DNA of 64,000 nt from Candidatus Eiseniibacteriota bacterium (GTDB lineage: Bacteria > Eisenbacteria > RBG-16-71-46 > CAVPCR01). Location: contig CAWGMA010000001.1 of the NCBI GenBank assembly GCA_963823555.1, forward strand, positions 1,888,001-1,952,000, in the 5' to 3' direction. This document shows, in pieces, positions 10,456 through 20,324 of the stretch. Within the stretch, counting starts at the first letter, position 1; each line of letters starts with the position of its first letter. Both the position numbers and the translations under genes were made by a program. Under the pieces are notes generated by a model that made no database searches, was not told the DNA's origin, and saw only the letters and a program-made list of their open reading frames with translations.

Positions 10456-11522
10456 GAATCCTCGATCGCTATCTGCTCACCGAGTTCATCGCCTACCTGG
10501 CCATGGGGCTCTTCGCCTTCCTCGGCATCTTCGTCATCGTCGACGTCTTCGAGAAGATCGATACCTTCATCGACGCTCAGGCGGCGACCTCGCTCGTGCT
10601 CCGCTTCTACTGGAGCTACATCCCGGTGGTGACCGTGCAGATCCTGCCTGTCGCGGTTCTGCTCGCAGCGCTTCTTTCTCTGGGACGCTTCGCCCGCCAT
10701 CATGAGCTGACAGCCATGAGAGTGGCGGGACTGAGCCTGTTCCGCATCTACATGCCCATCATCCTGTTCGCTATCGGACTGGGCGCGGCCTCCTTCTACC
10801 TCGGCGAGGCCGTGGTCCCCGACGCCAATCTGCGACGGAAGCAGATCATGAACCAGGAGATCAAGCACAAGCCCGAGCGCACGCGGCGGCAAGACGTGCG
10901 CTACATCGGCCGCGGCGGGCGCATCTATATCATCGGCTCCTACGACGTGCCTCGTGCAACCATGCGTGATGTCGTGATCCAGGAATTCGCCGCCGGGAGA
11001 CTGGCGCGCCGCCTCGACGCGCGCCAGGCACAGTGGCTCGACGACCAATGGGAACTGCGTAGCGGTTACGAGCGCACCTTCGCCGGCGACCGCGTCGTCA
11101 CACGCCGCTTCGACCGACTGGCCCTGGCCGCTCCGGAGAAACCGGAGGACTTCGCCAAGGAGGAACGCGATCCTGAGGCCATGGGCTTCGCCGAGCTCAG
11201 GCGCTGGATCGAGCGCTTCCGCCAGTCGGGCGGTGAGGCGCGCCCATATCTTGTCGACATGCACCTGAAGCTGGCCATGCCATTCATCAATGTCATCACC
11301 GTATTGATCGGAGCGGCGCTCTCGACGCGCCTGCGCCGTGGCGGAACGGCGGTCGGCTTCGGACTGAGCCTTCTCATCAGCTTTCTGTACTACTCGCTGA
11401 TCCGGGCGTCTCAAGCCCTCGGTCACGGTGGCGCTCTCCCGCCGATCGTGGCGGCCTGGATCGCCAACCTGATCTTCGGCGCGCTCGGCATCATGATGCT
11501 GCTGCGTGCCCAGCGCGGGTGA
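10452..11522 (+). CDS. lptG: LPS export ABC transporter permease LptG
   Basis: MRILDRYLL start, HELTAMRVAGLS, AAWIANLIFG; GTGA overlap with the lptF stop. Confidence 0.85.
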   Translation: MRILDRYLLTEFIAYLAMGLFAFLGIFVIVDVFEKIDTFIDAQAATSLVLRFYWSYIPVVTVQILPVAVLLAALLSLGRFARHHELTAMRVAGLSLFRIYMPIILFAIGLGAASFYLGEAVVPDANLRRKQIMNQEIKHKPERTRRQDVRYIGRGGRIYIIGSYDVPRATMRDVVIQEFAAGRLARRLDARQAQWLDDQWELRSGYERTFAGDRVVTRRFDRLALAAPEKPEDFAKEERDPEAMGFAELRRWIERFRQSGGEARPYLVDMHLKLAMPFINVITVLIGAALSTRLRRGGTAVGFGLSLLISFLYYSLIRASQALGHGGALPPIVAAWIANLIFGALGIMMLLRAQRG

Positions 11523-11526
11523 AGGC

Positions 11527-12651
11527 ATGGTTATTCGCGTGCTGAATGTCGTGGGCGCCCGGCCCAACTTCATGAAGGTCGCACCGATCGTGCGCGCCAT
11601 GGTCGAGCATCCCGGCTTCTCATCCCGTCTCGTCCACACCGGACAGCACTACGACGCGGCGATGTCGAAGGTGTTCTTCGACGACCTTGGATTGCCCGTT
11701 CCCGACCTCCATCTCGGGGTCGGCTCGGGAAGCCACGCGGTGCAGACGGCGCGCATTCTGATGGCCTCGGAGCAGGTGCTCAAGGCCGACCGTCCCGACG
11801 TGATCCTTGTGGTCGGAGATGTCAATTCGACCCTTGCCTGCGCCCTGGCGGCCGCCAAGCTCAAGATCCCGGTCGCCCATGTCGAGGCCGGCCTCCGCAG
11901 CCGGAACCTCGCCATGCCGGAGGAGCTCAACCGGCTATTGACCGATCGCCTCTCGCGCTGGTTGTTCACCCCCTCCGCCGACGCCGATGCGAACCTCGTG
12001 GCCGAGGGACACGATCCCGCGCACATCCACCGCGTGGGGAACGTGATGATCGACTCCCTGCTCCACCACCGGCGCCAGGCTCTGGCGCGCTCACCAGTAC
12101 TCGCCGAGCTGCGCGTGGCCCCGCGATCCTACGCGGTCCTCACCCTCCATCGCCCGGAGACCGTGGATCACCCCGAACGGCTGCTGGCGGCCCTGACCGC
12201 CGTGCGCCGCGTGGCCGCCGAGATCCCGGTGGTCTATCCGGTGCACCCGCGCACCCGCCGCCAGATGGACGCCATCGATCTCGATCACCACATCCGCCTG
12301 CTCGACCCTCTCGGGTACCTCGACTTCCTCGCCCTCATGGACCAAGCGCTGTTCGTCCTCACCGATTCGGGGGGCATCCAGGAGGAGACGACGGTGCTCG
12401 GAGTTCCGTGCCTGACGCTCCGCGAGGAGACCGAACGACCGATCACCGTGAGCGAGGGCACCAACACCGTCGTGGGATTGGATGCGGAATTGATTTTCGC
12501 GGAAAGCACGAAGATCATGCGCGGCGAAGGGAAGTCGGGGCGGGTGCCCGAGCTGTGGGACGGCGCCGCAGCGAAGCGGATCGTGAGCGTTCTGGCGGCG
12601 AGCGACGGGCTGGCCGGGTTCGCGTCGCGCCGCAGTGAGACCGAGCGCTAG
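11527..12651 (+). CDS. wecB: UDP-N-acetylglucosamine 2-epimerase (non-hydrolysing)
   Basis: VVGARPNFMK, HTGQHYD, HVEAGLRS, PEELNR, TDSGGIQEE, TERP motifs. Confidence 0.95.
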   Translation: MVIRVLNVVGARPNFMKVAPIVRAMVEHPGFSSRLVHTGQHYDAAMSKVFFDDLGLPVPDLHLGVGSGSHAVQTARILMASEQVLKADRPDVILVVGDVNSTLACALAAAKLKIPVAHVEAGLRSRNLAMPEELNRLLTDRLSRWLFTPSADADANLVAEGHDPAHIHRVGNVMIDSLLHHRRQALARSPVLAELRVAPRSYAVLTLHRPETVDHPERLLAALTAVRRVAAEIPVVYPVHPRTRRQMDAIDLDHHIRLLDPLGYLDFLALMDQALFVLTDSGGIQEETTVLGVPCLTLREETERPITVSEGTNTVVGLDAELIFAESTKIMRGEGKSGRVPELWDGAAAKRIVSVLAASDGLAGFASRRSETER

Positions 12652-14280
12652 CGCCGGCGAGCCGTGCGCGCCAGTGCCGCGAGGGCAAGGAAGGCACGCC
12701 GCTCGCGCGTCCGGCCCCGGCCCTCCTCGGGCGCCAGGAGTCCAGCCACCGCGGGCGCAGGCACCCGGCCGCGGGTCAAGCCATCCAGGATGGGATCGGC
12801 GAAGTGGGCACCGACCTGGCGGGCCACCGCGGCACGAATGGGCGCCGGCTCCGAGAGCAGTTCGGGTGCCACCCGGAAGCGGCGGCCGCGCGCCAGATGG
12901 GCCGCCGCACTCGCCCTGAGCTGGCGTGCCCGGCGATCGACCTTGAGCTCGGCGTGCACGGGCGGAGGACCGGCGGCGGGGTCGAAGGCCACCGCCCAGG
13001 GCTCGGTCCCACTCGCGGCCAGAGGCTCGACCAGGCGCCACGCGAGCACGGCGAAGAACTCGCGCCGCACGGCCTGGAGCAGATCCGCCTCGCGGAACAG
13101 AAGGTCCGGGCGGTCCGGCTTGAGCTGCGGTTCACCCGCGCGGGCCTGCAGGAGCCCGGCCGCTGCCGCCGCGAAGTGCTCCGGATCGGCTTGTCCGACG
13201 TACACCGGCCCCTTTGGCCCCGCCACCGCCACCGCCCGCTCCTCCACTTGCCGGCGAGCAGCGATGAGGGCGGCAAATGCGACTCCACTCGACTCCAGTG
13301 CGCGCAGGAAGCGAGCCGCCCCGCGCACGTGCACTTCGATGTCCGAAAACTCCACCTCGCGGTCTGGAGTGAGGGAGAGGAGAGCAGCCAGCCGGCCTCC
13401 GATGCGGGCGATCTCCTCAGTGGGTTCGGTCATCTCCTCGTCCGCCGTATCGAGCCATGAGAGATAGGAGCGCTCGCGGGCCAGCGGCGTCGATGTGATG
13501 AGGCAGTAGTGCCCCTGGCCGAGGTCGGCTGCCGGTGTCCGCTGACTGGCGGTCAACGCCCGCAGCTGTTCATAGGTGAGCGGCAAATTCTGGTGGATCA
13601 CGACGAGGGAGTCCGCGGGCCGGCGAGCGTGGAGAAGCCCCGGTAGGTGGGGTGGGGCGAGATGAAGATCGCCGACCAGGGCCAGGTGCAGGGCCTCGGG
13701 ATGTCACAGCGCGGGACGCGGCCAGGCGATCGGCGGCGATCCGATCACGCTGCTCAAGGCTGCCGCGGCCATCGAGGGCCAAGAGGCGGATGCCAGGCTC
13801 GCGCCCGAGAGCGATCAGCGGACCGTAGTGCGCCCAGGGGAAGGGCCACAGCGCGTTGTAGCGGATGATGTTGCGCAGAGCGCTCTCGGCCACGGCCCCC
13901 GCATGAAAGGCATCGAGTGCTGGCTGGTGCTCGGTACGCACCATCTCGAGTCCGAGCACGAGCGGCCGCCGTCTGGCGAGCGCCCGGGCCAGGGTCAGCG
14001 CCGTCCGCTGGGCCGCGGGCAGCGTATGGTAATCGCCGATGATGACGAGATCGGCGGCGAGGGCAGCCTGGAACACGGCGCGCGCGGTCGTCGGCTCTCC
14101 GCTGGCTCGCATCGTGCGTTCGAACCGGCGGCGGTAGCTTCGCAGCGCATCCGCTTCGCGACCGACACGCTGGCGGATCGCGCGCTGGATGAGAGCCAGT
14201 TCCTGCTCCTCGGCGGCGCGGAGAGCAGCCGTGACATCGATGATCGTCGCCTGCGGGCTGTCGCTCTGTTCTCTACTCAT
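12648..14280 (-). pseudogene. ChaN/EreA-like family protein split by a +1 frameshift near 13704 (probably an assembly error)
   Basis: First ORF has IGDYHTL, LGLEMV, WPFPWAHYGPL, LEQRD; after a 1-nt shift it continues HPEALHLALVGDLHLAPPHLP into ORF 12648..13601. Confidence 0.65.
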
Positions 14281-14338
14281 GGCCCCAAGACCCCTCGCGC
14301 TCCTGCCTCTGACGCGCGCGCTCTGCTCGACGAGCGTC

Positions 14339-14998
14339 TCACCGCGGATGCCCACGGCGATGGCATCCGCGGGCCACTGCCGCGCGCAGGCGAGACGCGC
14401 GCTGCTCTACGTCCTCGGCCTCCGGCTCCCCGGAGAAGAGAGCACCGATGACGGCCACGCCGGCGGCTCCGGCGGCGCAGCAATCAGCGGCGGTCTCGGC
14501 ATCGATACCGCCGATCGCGACCACGGGCACCGGACTCACGCGCGCAACCCGGGCCAGACCCTCGAGCCCGATGATCGGGACCCCGGATTTGGATCCGCCC
14601 CCGTAGACCGACCCTACGCCCAGATAATCGGCACCTGCCGCTCCGGCGGCCAGCGCCGCCTCAGGCGTCCGAGCAGTGCGCCCGATCCACCCTTCAGGGC
14701 CAAGAAGCCGCCGCGCACCCTCTGGATCCAGATCTTCATCGCCGAGGTGGACGCCCCTAGCCCCGCTCAGAATCGCGACATCGACCCGGTCATTGATGAT
14801 GAGCGGAACCCCGAGCCGGGAGAGCCCGGCCGCGAGTTCCTCGGCACGGGCCAGGAGTTCGCCGCCTGGAACGCTCTTGCCCCGGAGCTGGACCAGAGTG
14901 GCCCCACCCCGTGCCGCGGCCACGGTCAGCAGCATGAGCCGATCGCGAGGGATGACCCCGAGATCCGCGATGGCGAGCAGTCTGAGGTCAAGATCCAT
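14339..14998 (-). CDS. thiE: Thiamine-phosphate synthase
   Basis: VQLRGK, IINDRVDVA, GVHLGDED, GADYLGVG, VAIGGI motifs. Confidence 0.92.
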   Translation of the reverse strand: MDLDLRLLAIADLGVIPRDRLMLLTVAAARGGATLVQLRGKSVPGGELLARAEELAAGLSRLGVPLIINDRVDVAILSGARGVHLGDEDLDPEGARRLLGPEGWIGRTARTPEAALAAGAAGADYLGVGSVYGGGSKSGVPIIGLEGLARVARVSPVPVVAIGGIDAETAADCCAAGAAGVAVIGALFSGEPEAEDVEQRASRLRAAVARGCHRRGHPR

Positions 14999-15010
14999 GA
15001 ACGGTCCGGC

Positions 15011-15161
15011 CCGGACAGAGCCTGCCTCCTTGCGGTCAGGTCGTGCCTTGAACCCGGGGATGGATCGCGAGGGGCGCAGGTGGGACACGCGCTGGTACCC
15101 GCGCCGGGGCACAGCGTCTTGGTTTCCGTCCGGCCAGGGAGGCGAGAGGAACTCCTGCCGG
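15011..15161 (-). ncRNA. ssrS: Probable 6S RNA
   Basis: Ends pair into a long closing stem (CCGGCAG/CTGTCCGG, GCCTCC/GGAGGC); central A-rich bubble (ACGGAAACCAAGA); inner stem GGCGCGGGT/ACCTGCGCC; 6S-like 3' motif CCCACCTG...GGGTTCAAGG; TAGCCT -10-like hexamer just upstream. Confidence 0.6.
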
Positions 15162-15231
15162 CGGGTGCGGAGGCTAGTCCCGCGGTCCGGGCGGCGCCAG
15201 CGGAATTTGCCAGGAATCGCCAAGAATCTTC

Positions 15232-15244
15232 TAAGCGATTGACT
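15232..15244. promoter_or_regulatory. IHF-like binding site in an AT-rich patch
   Basis: TAAGCGATTGACT matches YAANNNNTTGATW with one mismatch. Confidence 0.3.
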
Positions 15245-15298
15245 ATTAGCTATTTAAGTCATCTGGCGGTGCGGGGTGCCTGGCTTGGAACTGGCAAG

Positions 15299-16780
15299 CT
15301 AGCCGGCCTGCTCGCCCATGGTCGCCTGAGATGCGGCCGCGGAATCTCCCTCTGCCGCCTGGACTCCGCCTTCCCCGCCCCCTTTCCCCTCTTCACCTGG
15401 GGCCCGGGACGCCTCGCCGGCCCGGGCCGCGCCGCCCAGCCTCTCCGCCAGATCGGGGACATACCCTGTGTGCACCTCTCCACGCTGGAAGACCTCGTCA
15501 TCGAGGACGCTGAGATGGAAAGGAATCGTGGTGGCGATCCCTTCGACCACGCACTCGTTCAAGGCTCGCCGCATCCGGCGAATGGCCTCCGGGCGGCCGA
15601 GCCCATGGGCAATCACCTTGATGATCATCGAATCGTAGTTCGGCGGCACGCGGTAGCCGGAGTACGCATGCGACTCGACGCGCACTCCTGGCCCCCCCGG
15701 CGTGTGGAAGTAGGTGATGACGCCCGGGCTCGGCTGGAAATTGCGCTCGGGATCCTCGGCATTGATCCGGCACTCGATGACGTGACCGACGGGGACGACG
15801 TCCTCCTGGCGGATGGTCAGGATCTCCCCGGCGGCGATCGCGATCTGCAGCTTGACGAGGTCGATCCCGGTGAGCTCCTCGGTGACCGGATGCTCGACCT
15901 GGATCCGCGTGTTCATCTCCATGAAGTAGAAGTTCTGCTCGCTGTCGACCAGGAACTCCATGGTCCCCGCCGAGTAGTACCCCATCTCGCGCGCCCCGCG
16001 TACCGCCACCTCGCCCATCCGCTGACGGATCACCGGGTCCAGGCCCACTGCCGGAGATTCCTCGAGCAGCTTCTGATGCCGGCGCTGGATCGAGCACTCC
16101 CGCTCGTAGAGGTGGATCACATTGCCATGGCGGTCACCGAGGAGCTGAATCTCGATGTGCCGCGGGCGATCGATCAGTCGCTCGAGATAGATCTGCCCTG
16201 AACCGAACACGGCCTCGGCCTCGGCCTGCGCGACGAAGAACCCGTTGCGCAAGCTCTCCTCGTCGCGAGCGATGCGCATTCCCTTGCCGCCGCCTCCCGC
16301 CACGGCCTTGATCATGAGCGGATATCCGAGCGCGCCAGCCAGAGCCACCGCGGCCTCCACGCCGGCGACCGGGCCCTCGCTCCCGGGGACCACCGGCACG
16401 CCGGCGCGGCGCATGATCTCGCGGGCCCGGGCCTTGTCGCCCATCGAGCGGATCGCCTCCGCCGACGGGCCGATGAACGTGATGTCATGAGACTCGCAGA
16501 TCTCGGCGAAGTGAGCCTGCTCGGCCAGAAAGCCATAGCCGGGATGGATCGCGTCGCAGCTGGTGATCTCGGCCGCGCTCATGATCCGCGGCACGTTCAG
16601 ATAGCTCTCGGCCGGCGGGGGCGGTCCGATACAGACCGCCTCGTCGGCCAGGCGGACGTGAAGGGCGTCGTGGTCCGCCTCGGAGTAGACCGCCACCGTC
16701 CGGACATCCATTTCCTGACACGCGCGGATCACGCGGACCGCGATCTCTCCGCGATTGGCGACCAGGACTTTTTCGAACAC
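15299..16780 (-). CDS. accC: Acetyl-CoA carboxylase biotin carboxylase subunit
   Basis: [49 protein letters not shown]. Confidence 0.97.
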   Translation of the reverse strand: MFEKVLVANRGEIAVRVIRACQEMDVRTVAVYSEADHDALHVRLADEAVCIGPPPPAESYLNVPRIMSAAEITSCDAIHPGYGFLAEQAHFAEICESHDITFIGPSAEAIRSMGDKARAREIMRRAGVPVVPGSEGPVAGVEAAVALAGALGYPLMIKAVAGGGGKGMRIARDEESLRNGFFVAQAEAEAVFGSGQIYLERLIDRPRHIEIQLLGDRHGNVIHLYERECSIQRRHQKLLEESPAVGLDPVIRQRMGEVAVRGAREMGYYSAGTMEFLVDSEQNFYFMEMNTRIQVEHPVTEELTGIDLVKLQIAIAAGEILTIRQEDVVPVGHVIECRINAEDPERNFQPSPGVITYFHTPGGPGVRVESHAYSGYRVPPNYDSMIIKVIAHGLGRPEAIRRMRRALNECVVEGIATTIPFHLSVLDDEVFQRGEVHTGYVPDLAERLGGAARAGEASRAPGEEGKGGGEGGVQAAEGDSAAASQATMGEQAG

Positions 16781-16816
16781 CTCCCCCCCGTCTCTTCCCC
16801 CGCGGTTCGCCGCGCG

Positions 16817-17971
16817 CTAGATCTTCGTGATCCCGGCGAGCTTCTCCGGCGGCGTTCCCTTCTGGGGGCTCTCGAACTGGTCCCAGGTCTGATCCGAAGA
16901 GGCGTGGATCCCCTTCACGCGAAGATCGAACTCGGTCGGGCTCGAGCAATTGGCGAGCGCGTCCTCGAGGGTGATGACTCCCTGCGTGTAGTAGTGCATG
17001 AGGGACTGATCGAAGGTCTGCATGCCGTAGGTTGTGGTCCCTTCCTGCATGGCCTGGGCGATCATCGGGGTCTTCTCCGGATCGATGACGTAATCGGCGA
17101 TGGTCGCTGTGTTGAGCATGACCTCGACCGCCGGAACTCGCCCGGTGCCATCGGCACGCGGGATGAGCCGCTGCGAGACCACCGCCTCCAGGGTCGAGGC
17201 GAGAAGATACCGCACGGACTGGCCCATGTGGGGCGGGAAGAAGGAGAGGACGCGATTGACCGTCTCCACGGCATCGATGGTGTGGAGGGTGGAAAGCACG
17301 AGATGTCCGGTATCAGCAGCGGTGAGGGCGATTTGCATGGTCTCTGCGTCCCGGATCTCGCCGATCATGATGACATCCGGGTCCTGACGGAGGATATGGC
17401 GGAGGCCTTCGGAGAAACTCTTGGTATCGAGTCCGACCTCCCGCTGGCTCACGTAGGACAGACCGTCCGCGAAGAGGTGCTCGATCGGGTCCTCGAGCGT
17501 GATGACGTTCTTGGCCATCGTCGAGTTGACCCAGTGGATCATGGCCGCGAGCGTCGTCGACTTCCCGCTGCCGACCGTCCCCGTAACGAGGACGAGTCCG
17601 CGCGGGCGAATCGCCAGGTCCTTGAGCACCGCAGGCAGATTCAGCCCGTCGAAACTCAGATCCTGGACCCCCGAAACCCGGCGAAAGACCATGGCCAGGG
17701 TGCCGCGCTGCCGGTAGAAATTCGAGCGGAAGCGGGCAAGACCGGCAATGCCAAATGCAAAATCGATCTCGTTGGCGCTCTCGAATTCCTTGCGCTGACC
17801 AGGGGTCAGAAGCTGGTCGGCCACGGCCTCCAGCTCGCGCGCCGTGATCGGCTGCAAATCGAGGCTTCTAAGTGAGCCCTGGATTCGCAGATAGGGTGGA
17901 CTTCCGACTTTGAGATGGAGATCCGAAGCCCCCAGCTCTACCACGGTCTCCAGAACGGCACGCAGGTCCAT
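16817..17971 (-). CDS. pilT: Type IV pilus retraction ATPase (PilT/PilU family)
   Basis: ASDLHLKVG, Walker A GTVGSGKST, TLEDPIE, LRQDPDVIMIGEIRD, TGHLVLSTLHT, GMQTFDQ; RBS AAGGAGG. Confidence 0.93.
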   Translation of the reverse strand: MDLRAVLETVVELGASDLHLKVGSPPYLRIQGSLRSLDLQPITARELEAVADQLLTPGQRKEFESANEIDFAFGIAGLARFRSNFYRQRGTLAMVFRRVSGVQDLSFDGLNLPAVLKDLAIRPRGLVLVTGTVGSGKSTTLAAMIHWVNSTMAKNVITLEDPIEHLFADGLSYVSQREVGLDTKSFSEGLRHILRQDPDVIMIGEIRDAETMQIALTAADTGHLVLSTLHTIDAVETVNRVLSFFPPHMGQSVRYLLASTLEAVVSQRLIPRADGTGRVPAVEVMLNTATIADYVIDPEKTPMIAQAMQEGTTTYGMQTFDQSLMHYYTQGVITLEDALANCSSPTEFDLRVKGIHASSDQTWDQFESPQKGTPPEKLAGITKI

Positions 17972-18113
17972 GAGCTCCTCCTTCAGGCATGAATCGCCCG
18001 CGGGAAGAGCCTGCAACTCCAGTGCCGTCCGGGAACCTGGTTTCGATCAACGTGTCCCGGGATGGATCAGCCCCCCCGGACCGCGCCGGCGCTTCTCGAG
18101 AACGGGAGTGCGA

Positions 18114-18617
18114 TCAGGCCGCGGGATCGATCAGGAAGAGCACCTGACCGTACTCAATAGGCTGCTTGTTCTCGACCTTGACCGCCACGACGCGCCCGCG
18201 AACATCGGATTCGATCTCGTTCATGAGCTTCATCGCTTCGACGATGCAGACGGTCTGTCCCACCTCCACGACCTGACCCGCCTCGACGTAGGGGGCGGCA
18301 TCGGGCGCCGGCGACCGGTAGAACGTGCCGACCATGGGCGACTTGATGGCGACGAGATTGGCGTCCGGGGCCGACACGGCGGGCGCCTGCATCGGGGCAG
18401 GCACGGGCGGGGCCGCGCTCGAAACCGCAGCTGGCGCCTGCGGGGCGGAGACCATGAGGTCTCGCCCGGCCGAGCCGCCTCCATTCGTCCCGGCAGCCGG
18501 GCGCGGCGTGTTCTTGGTCAAGCGCACGCGCCCCCCCCACCATCGAGCGACTTCGATCTCGTGGAGGTCACTTTCCTCGAGCAATCGGATCAGTTTGCGG
18601 ATCTCGTCCACGTGCAT
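18114..18617 (-). CDS. accB: Biotin carboxyl carrier protein
   Basis: [17 protein letters not shown] biotinylation motif, Ala/Pro linker. Confidence 0.97.
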   Translation of the reverse strand: MHVDEIRKLIRLLEESDLHEIEVARWWGGRVRLTKNTPRPAAGTNGGGSAGRDLMVSAPQAPAAVSSAAPPVPAPMQAPAVSAPDANLVAIKSPMVGTFYRSPAPDAAPYVEAGQVVEVGQTVCIVEAMKLMNEIESDVRGRVVAVKVENKQPIEYGQVLFLIDPAA

Positions 18618-18752
18618 GGGTTCCTCGCAGGGCCGCCTATCTCGTGGGTCCCACCGCTCGGCTCCGGTGCGGCTCGCTGCCGGAGGGTAGGGCCCGATCC
18701 GCCCTCGGGCCCCAAGGCCCTCACCACCGCAAGGGGCACCGGTTCGTTTCGA

Positions 18753-19202
18753 TCATCCGTCCTGGACGGCCTGAAAGTAGTGCTTGAAGGCGCGTACGGC
18801 AAGCAGGTATCCGGCCGGCCCGAAGCCGGAAATCGTCCCCAGCGCGATGCCGCTGACCACCGACATCCGGCGGAACTCCTCGCGCCGTGCCAGGTTGGTG
18901 AGATGGACTTCGATCACCGGGAGCGCCACGGCGAGCAAGGCGTCCCGCAGCGAGATGCTGGAATGCGTGAGCCCTCCGGGATTGACGATGAAAGCATCCA
19001 CTTCCCCCCGCGCCGAGTGAATGCGATCGATAAGACCACCCTCGTGGTTGGACTGGAAGCTCTCGACGCCGATATCGAGCTCGGCGCCGAGCGAGCGCGC
19101 CTCTTCCATCGCCTGGTCCAGCGAGACGTTGCCGTAGATCTCCGGCTCCCGTGTCCCGAGCAGGTTCAGGTTGGGACCGTTCAAGATGAGGATCTTCCGC
19201 AT
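18753..19202 (-). CDS. aroQ: Type II 3-dehydroquinate dehydratase
   Basis: LNGPNLNLLGTREPEIYG, QSNHEG, NPGGLTH, EVHLTN. Confidence 0.96.
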   Translation of the reverse strand: MRKILILNGPNLNLLGTREPEIYGNVSLDQAMEEARSLGAELDIGVESFQSNHEGGLIDRIHSARGEVDAFIVNPGGLTHSSISLRDALLAVALPVIEVHLTNLARREEFRRMSVVSGIALGTISGFGPAGYLLAVRAFKHYFQAVQDG

Positions 19203-19206
19203 GGCC

Positions 19207-20319
19207 TCACGCATCACGTGGCGGGGCCTCGTCCACGCCCTCGGCAGATCGATCATCCTCAGGTTTGGGGCGCGGCATCGAACCTGGCGTGCCGGCGCGT
19301 CCTTCCTCGTGCATGAGCCGCTCGAGCCAGCGCCGGTACCCGGAGAGCGCGGATGAGCGTCCTGCCGTGCGGGCGCCGGCCGCTGAAGAGGCGGCCGGAG
19401 GCGATCCGAGAGCACGCGAGCTCGGCCCCCGCGTCCCGGCCTCGGCCCTGTGTGGAGCAGCGGCCTTCGGCGCCTTGGCTCGGCGCGTCGGCGCCGTCCT
19501 GGCGGCCGCCTGGCGACGAGCCCTGCCCACCGACCGATCGGGCACCGGCCGATCCCAGTCGAGGTCGTGCGGCGGAGGCTCGAAGATCCCGGCCCCCGGC
19601 CTTGGCTCCGGTGGCAGAACGCTGGCGGAACCTCGTGGCGGACGGGACACCTCCGGGCGGCGCGAGCGAGGATCGTAACGATTCATCCGCTTGCGGGCCG
19701 GTGATCGCTCGGCCGCATGGTCGCGTGGAACCGCGTCGGGCGCCTCGCCTCTGATCCTGGGTGGCAGGACGGGCTCGAGGCCGGCAGTACCCGCCTCGCC
19801 CTCGGCCGGTTCGAGGAGGGTTGCAAGCGCCTCCTGTGCAGCGAGATCGAACGGCACGAGCTTGAGCAGGGTCCGATAACAGGTGGCCGCATCGGTCCGC
19901 CGGCCCTGCCGGGCATGCAGGATGGCCAGGCAGCGCAAGGCCAACGCATTCTCGGGATCGCGGCGAAGGGCGCTCTCGAGCACACGCCGGGCGGCGCGAA
20001 GCTCATCGAGGGCGAGGTAGCACTGCCCCAGAACCACCCAACCGCTCAGGCTTTCAGCCTCCCGCGCCAGGCCCCGCCGGATGACCTGAACCGCCTCCAG
20101 GAGGCGGCCGCCATCACGCAGCGCTCCACCTAGAGGAAGGAACCACAGACCCTTGGGATCCTCGGACTCCAGCCGGCGAAGTTCCGCAATACGCTCGGCG
20201 AGAGTCGGAGGATCGAGGGAGGGGCCAGCGGACTCCTCGGCACCGCGCCGGGTGGCGAGATGTTCCTTCCCATGCCTCACCCCGCGGGGCCGAGGGGGGC
20301 CGGCTGGCCGACCATTCAT
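19207..20319 (-). CDS. Tetratricopeptide repeat protein with Pro/Arg-rich disordered C-terminal half (start uncertain)
   Basis: TPR-like helices (VVLGQCYLAL, ALRRDPENALALRCLA); fills the gap between aroB and aroQ. Confidence 0.65.
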   Translation of the reverse strand: MNGRPAGPPRPRGVRHGKEHLATRRGAEESAGPSLDPPTLAERIAELRRLESEDPKGLWFLPLGGALRDGGRLLEAVQVIRRGLAREAESLSGWVVLGQCYLALDELRAARRVLESALRRDPENALALRCLAILHARQGRRTDAATCYRTLLKLVPFDLAAQEALATLLEPAEGEAGTAGLEPVLPPRIRGEAPDAVPRDHAAERSPARKRMNRYDPRSRRPEVSRPPRGSASVLPPEPRPGAGIFEPPPHDLDWDRPVPDRSVGRARRQAAARTAPTRRAKAPKAAAPHRAEAGTRGPSSRALGSPPAASSAAGARTAGRSSALSGYRRWLERLMHEEGRAGTPGSMPRPKPEDDRSAEGVDEAPPRDA

Positions 20320-20324
20320 CGTCT

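Noticed and set aside
15000..15230. TPP riboswitch upstream of thiE
   Set aside because: No CTGAGA or CCTGA..GGGA core; the fold fits 6S RNA better
15281..15297. Sigma-54-like GG-N10-GC site
   Set aside because: It points antisense into the 3' end of accC with no downstream gene
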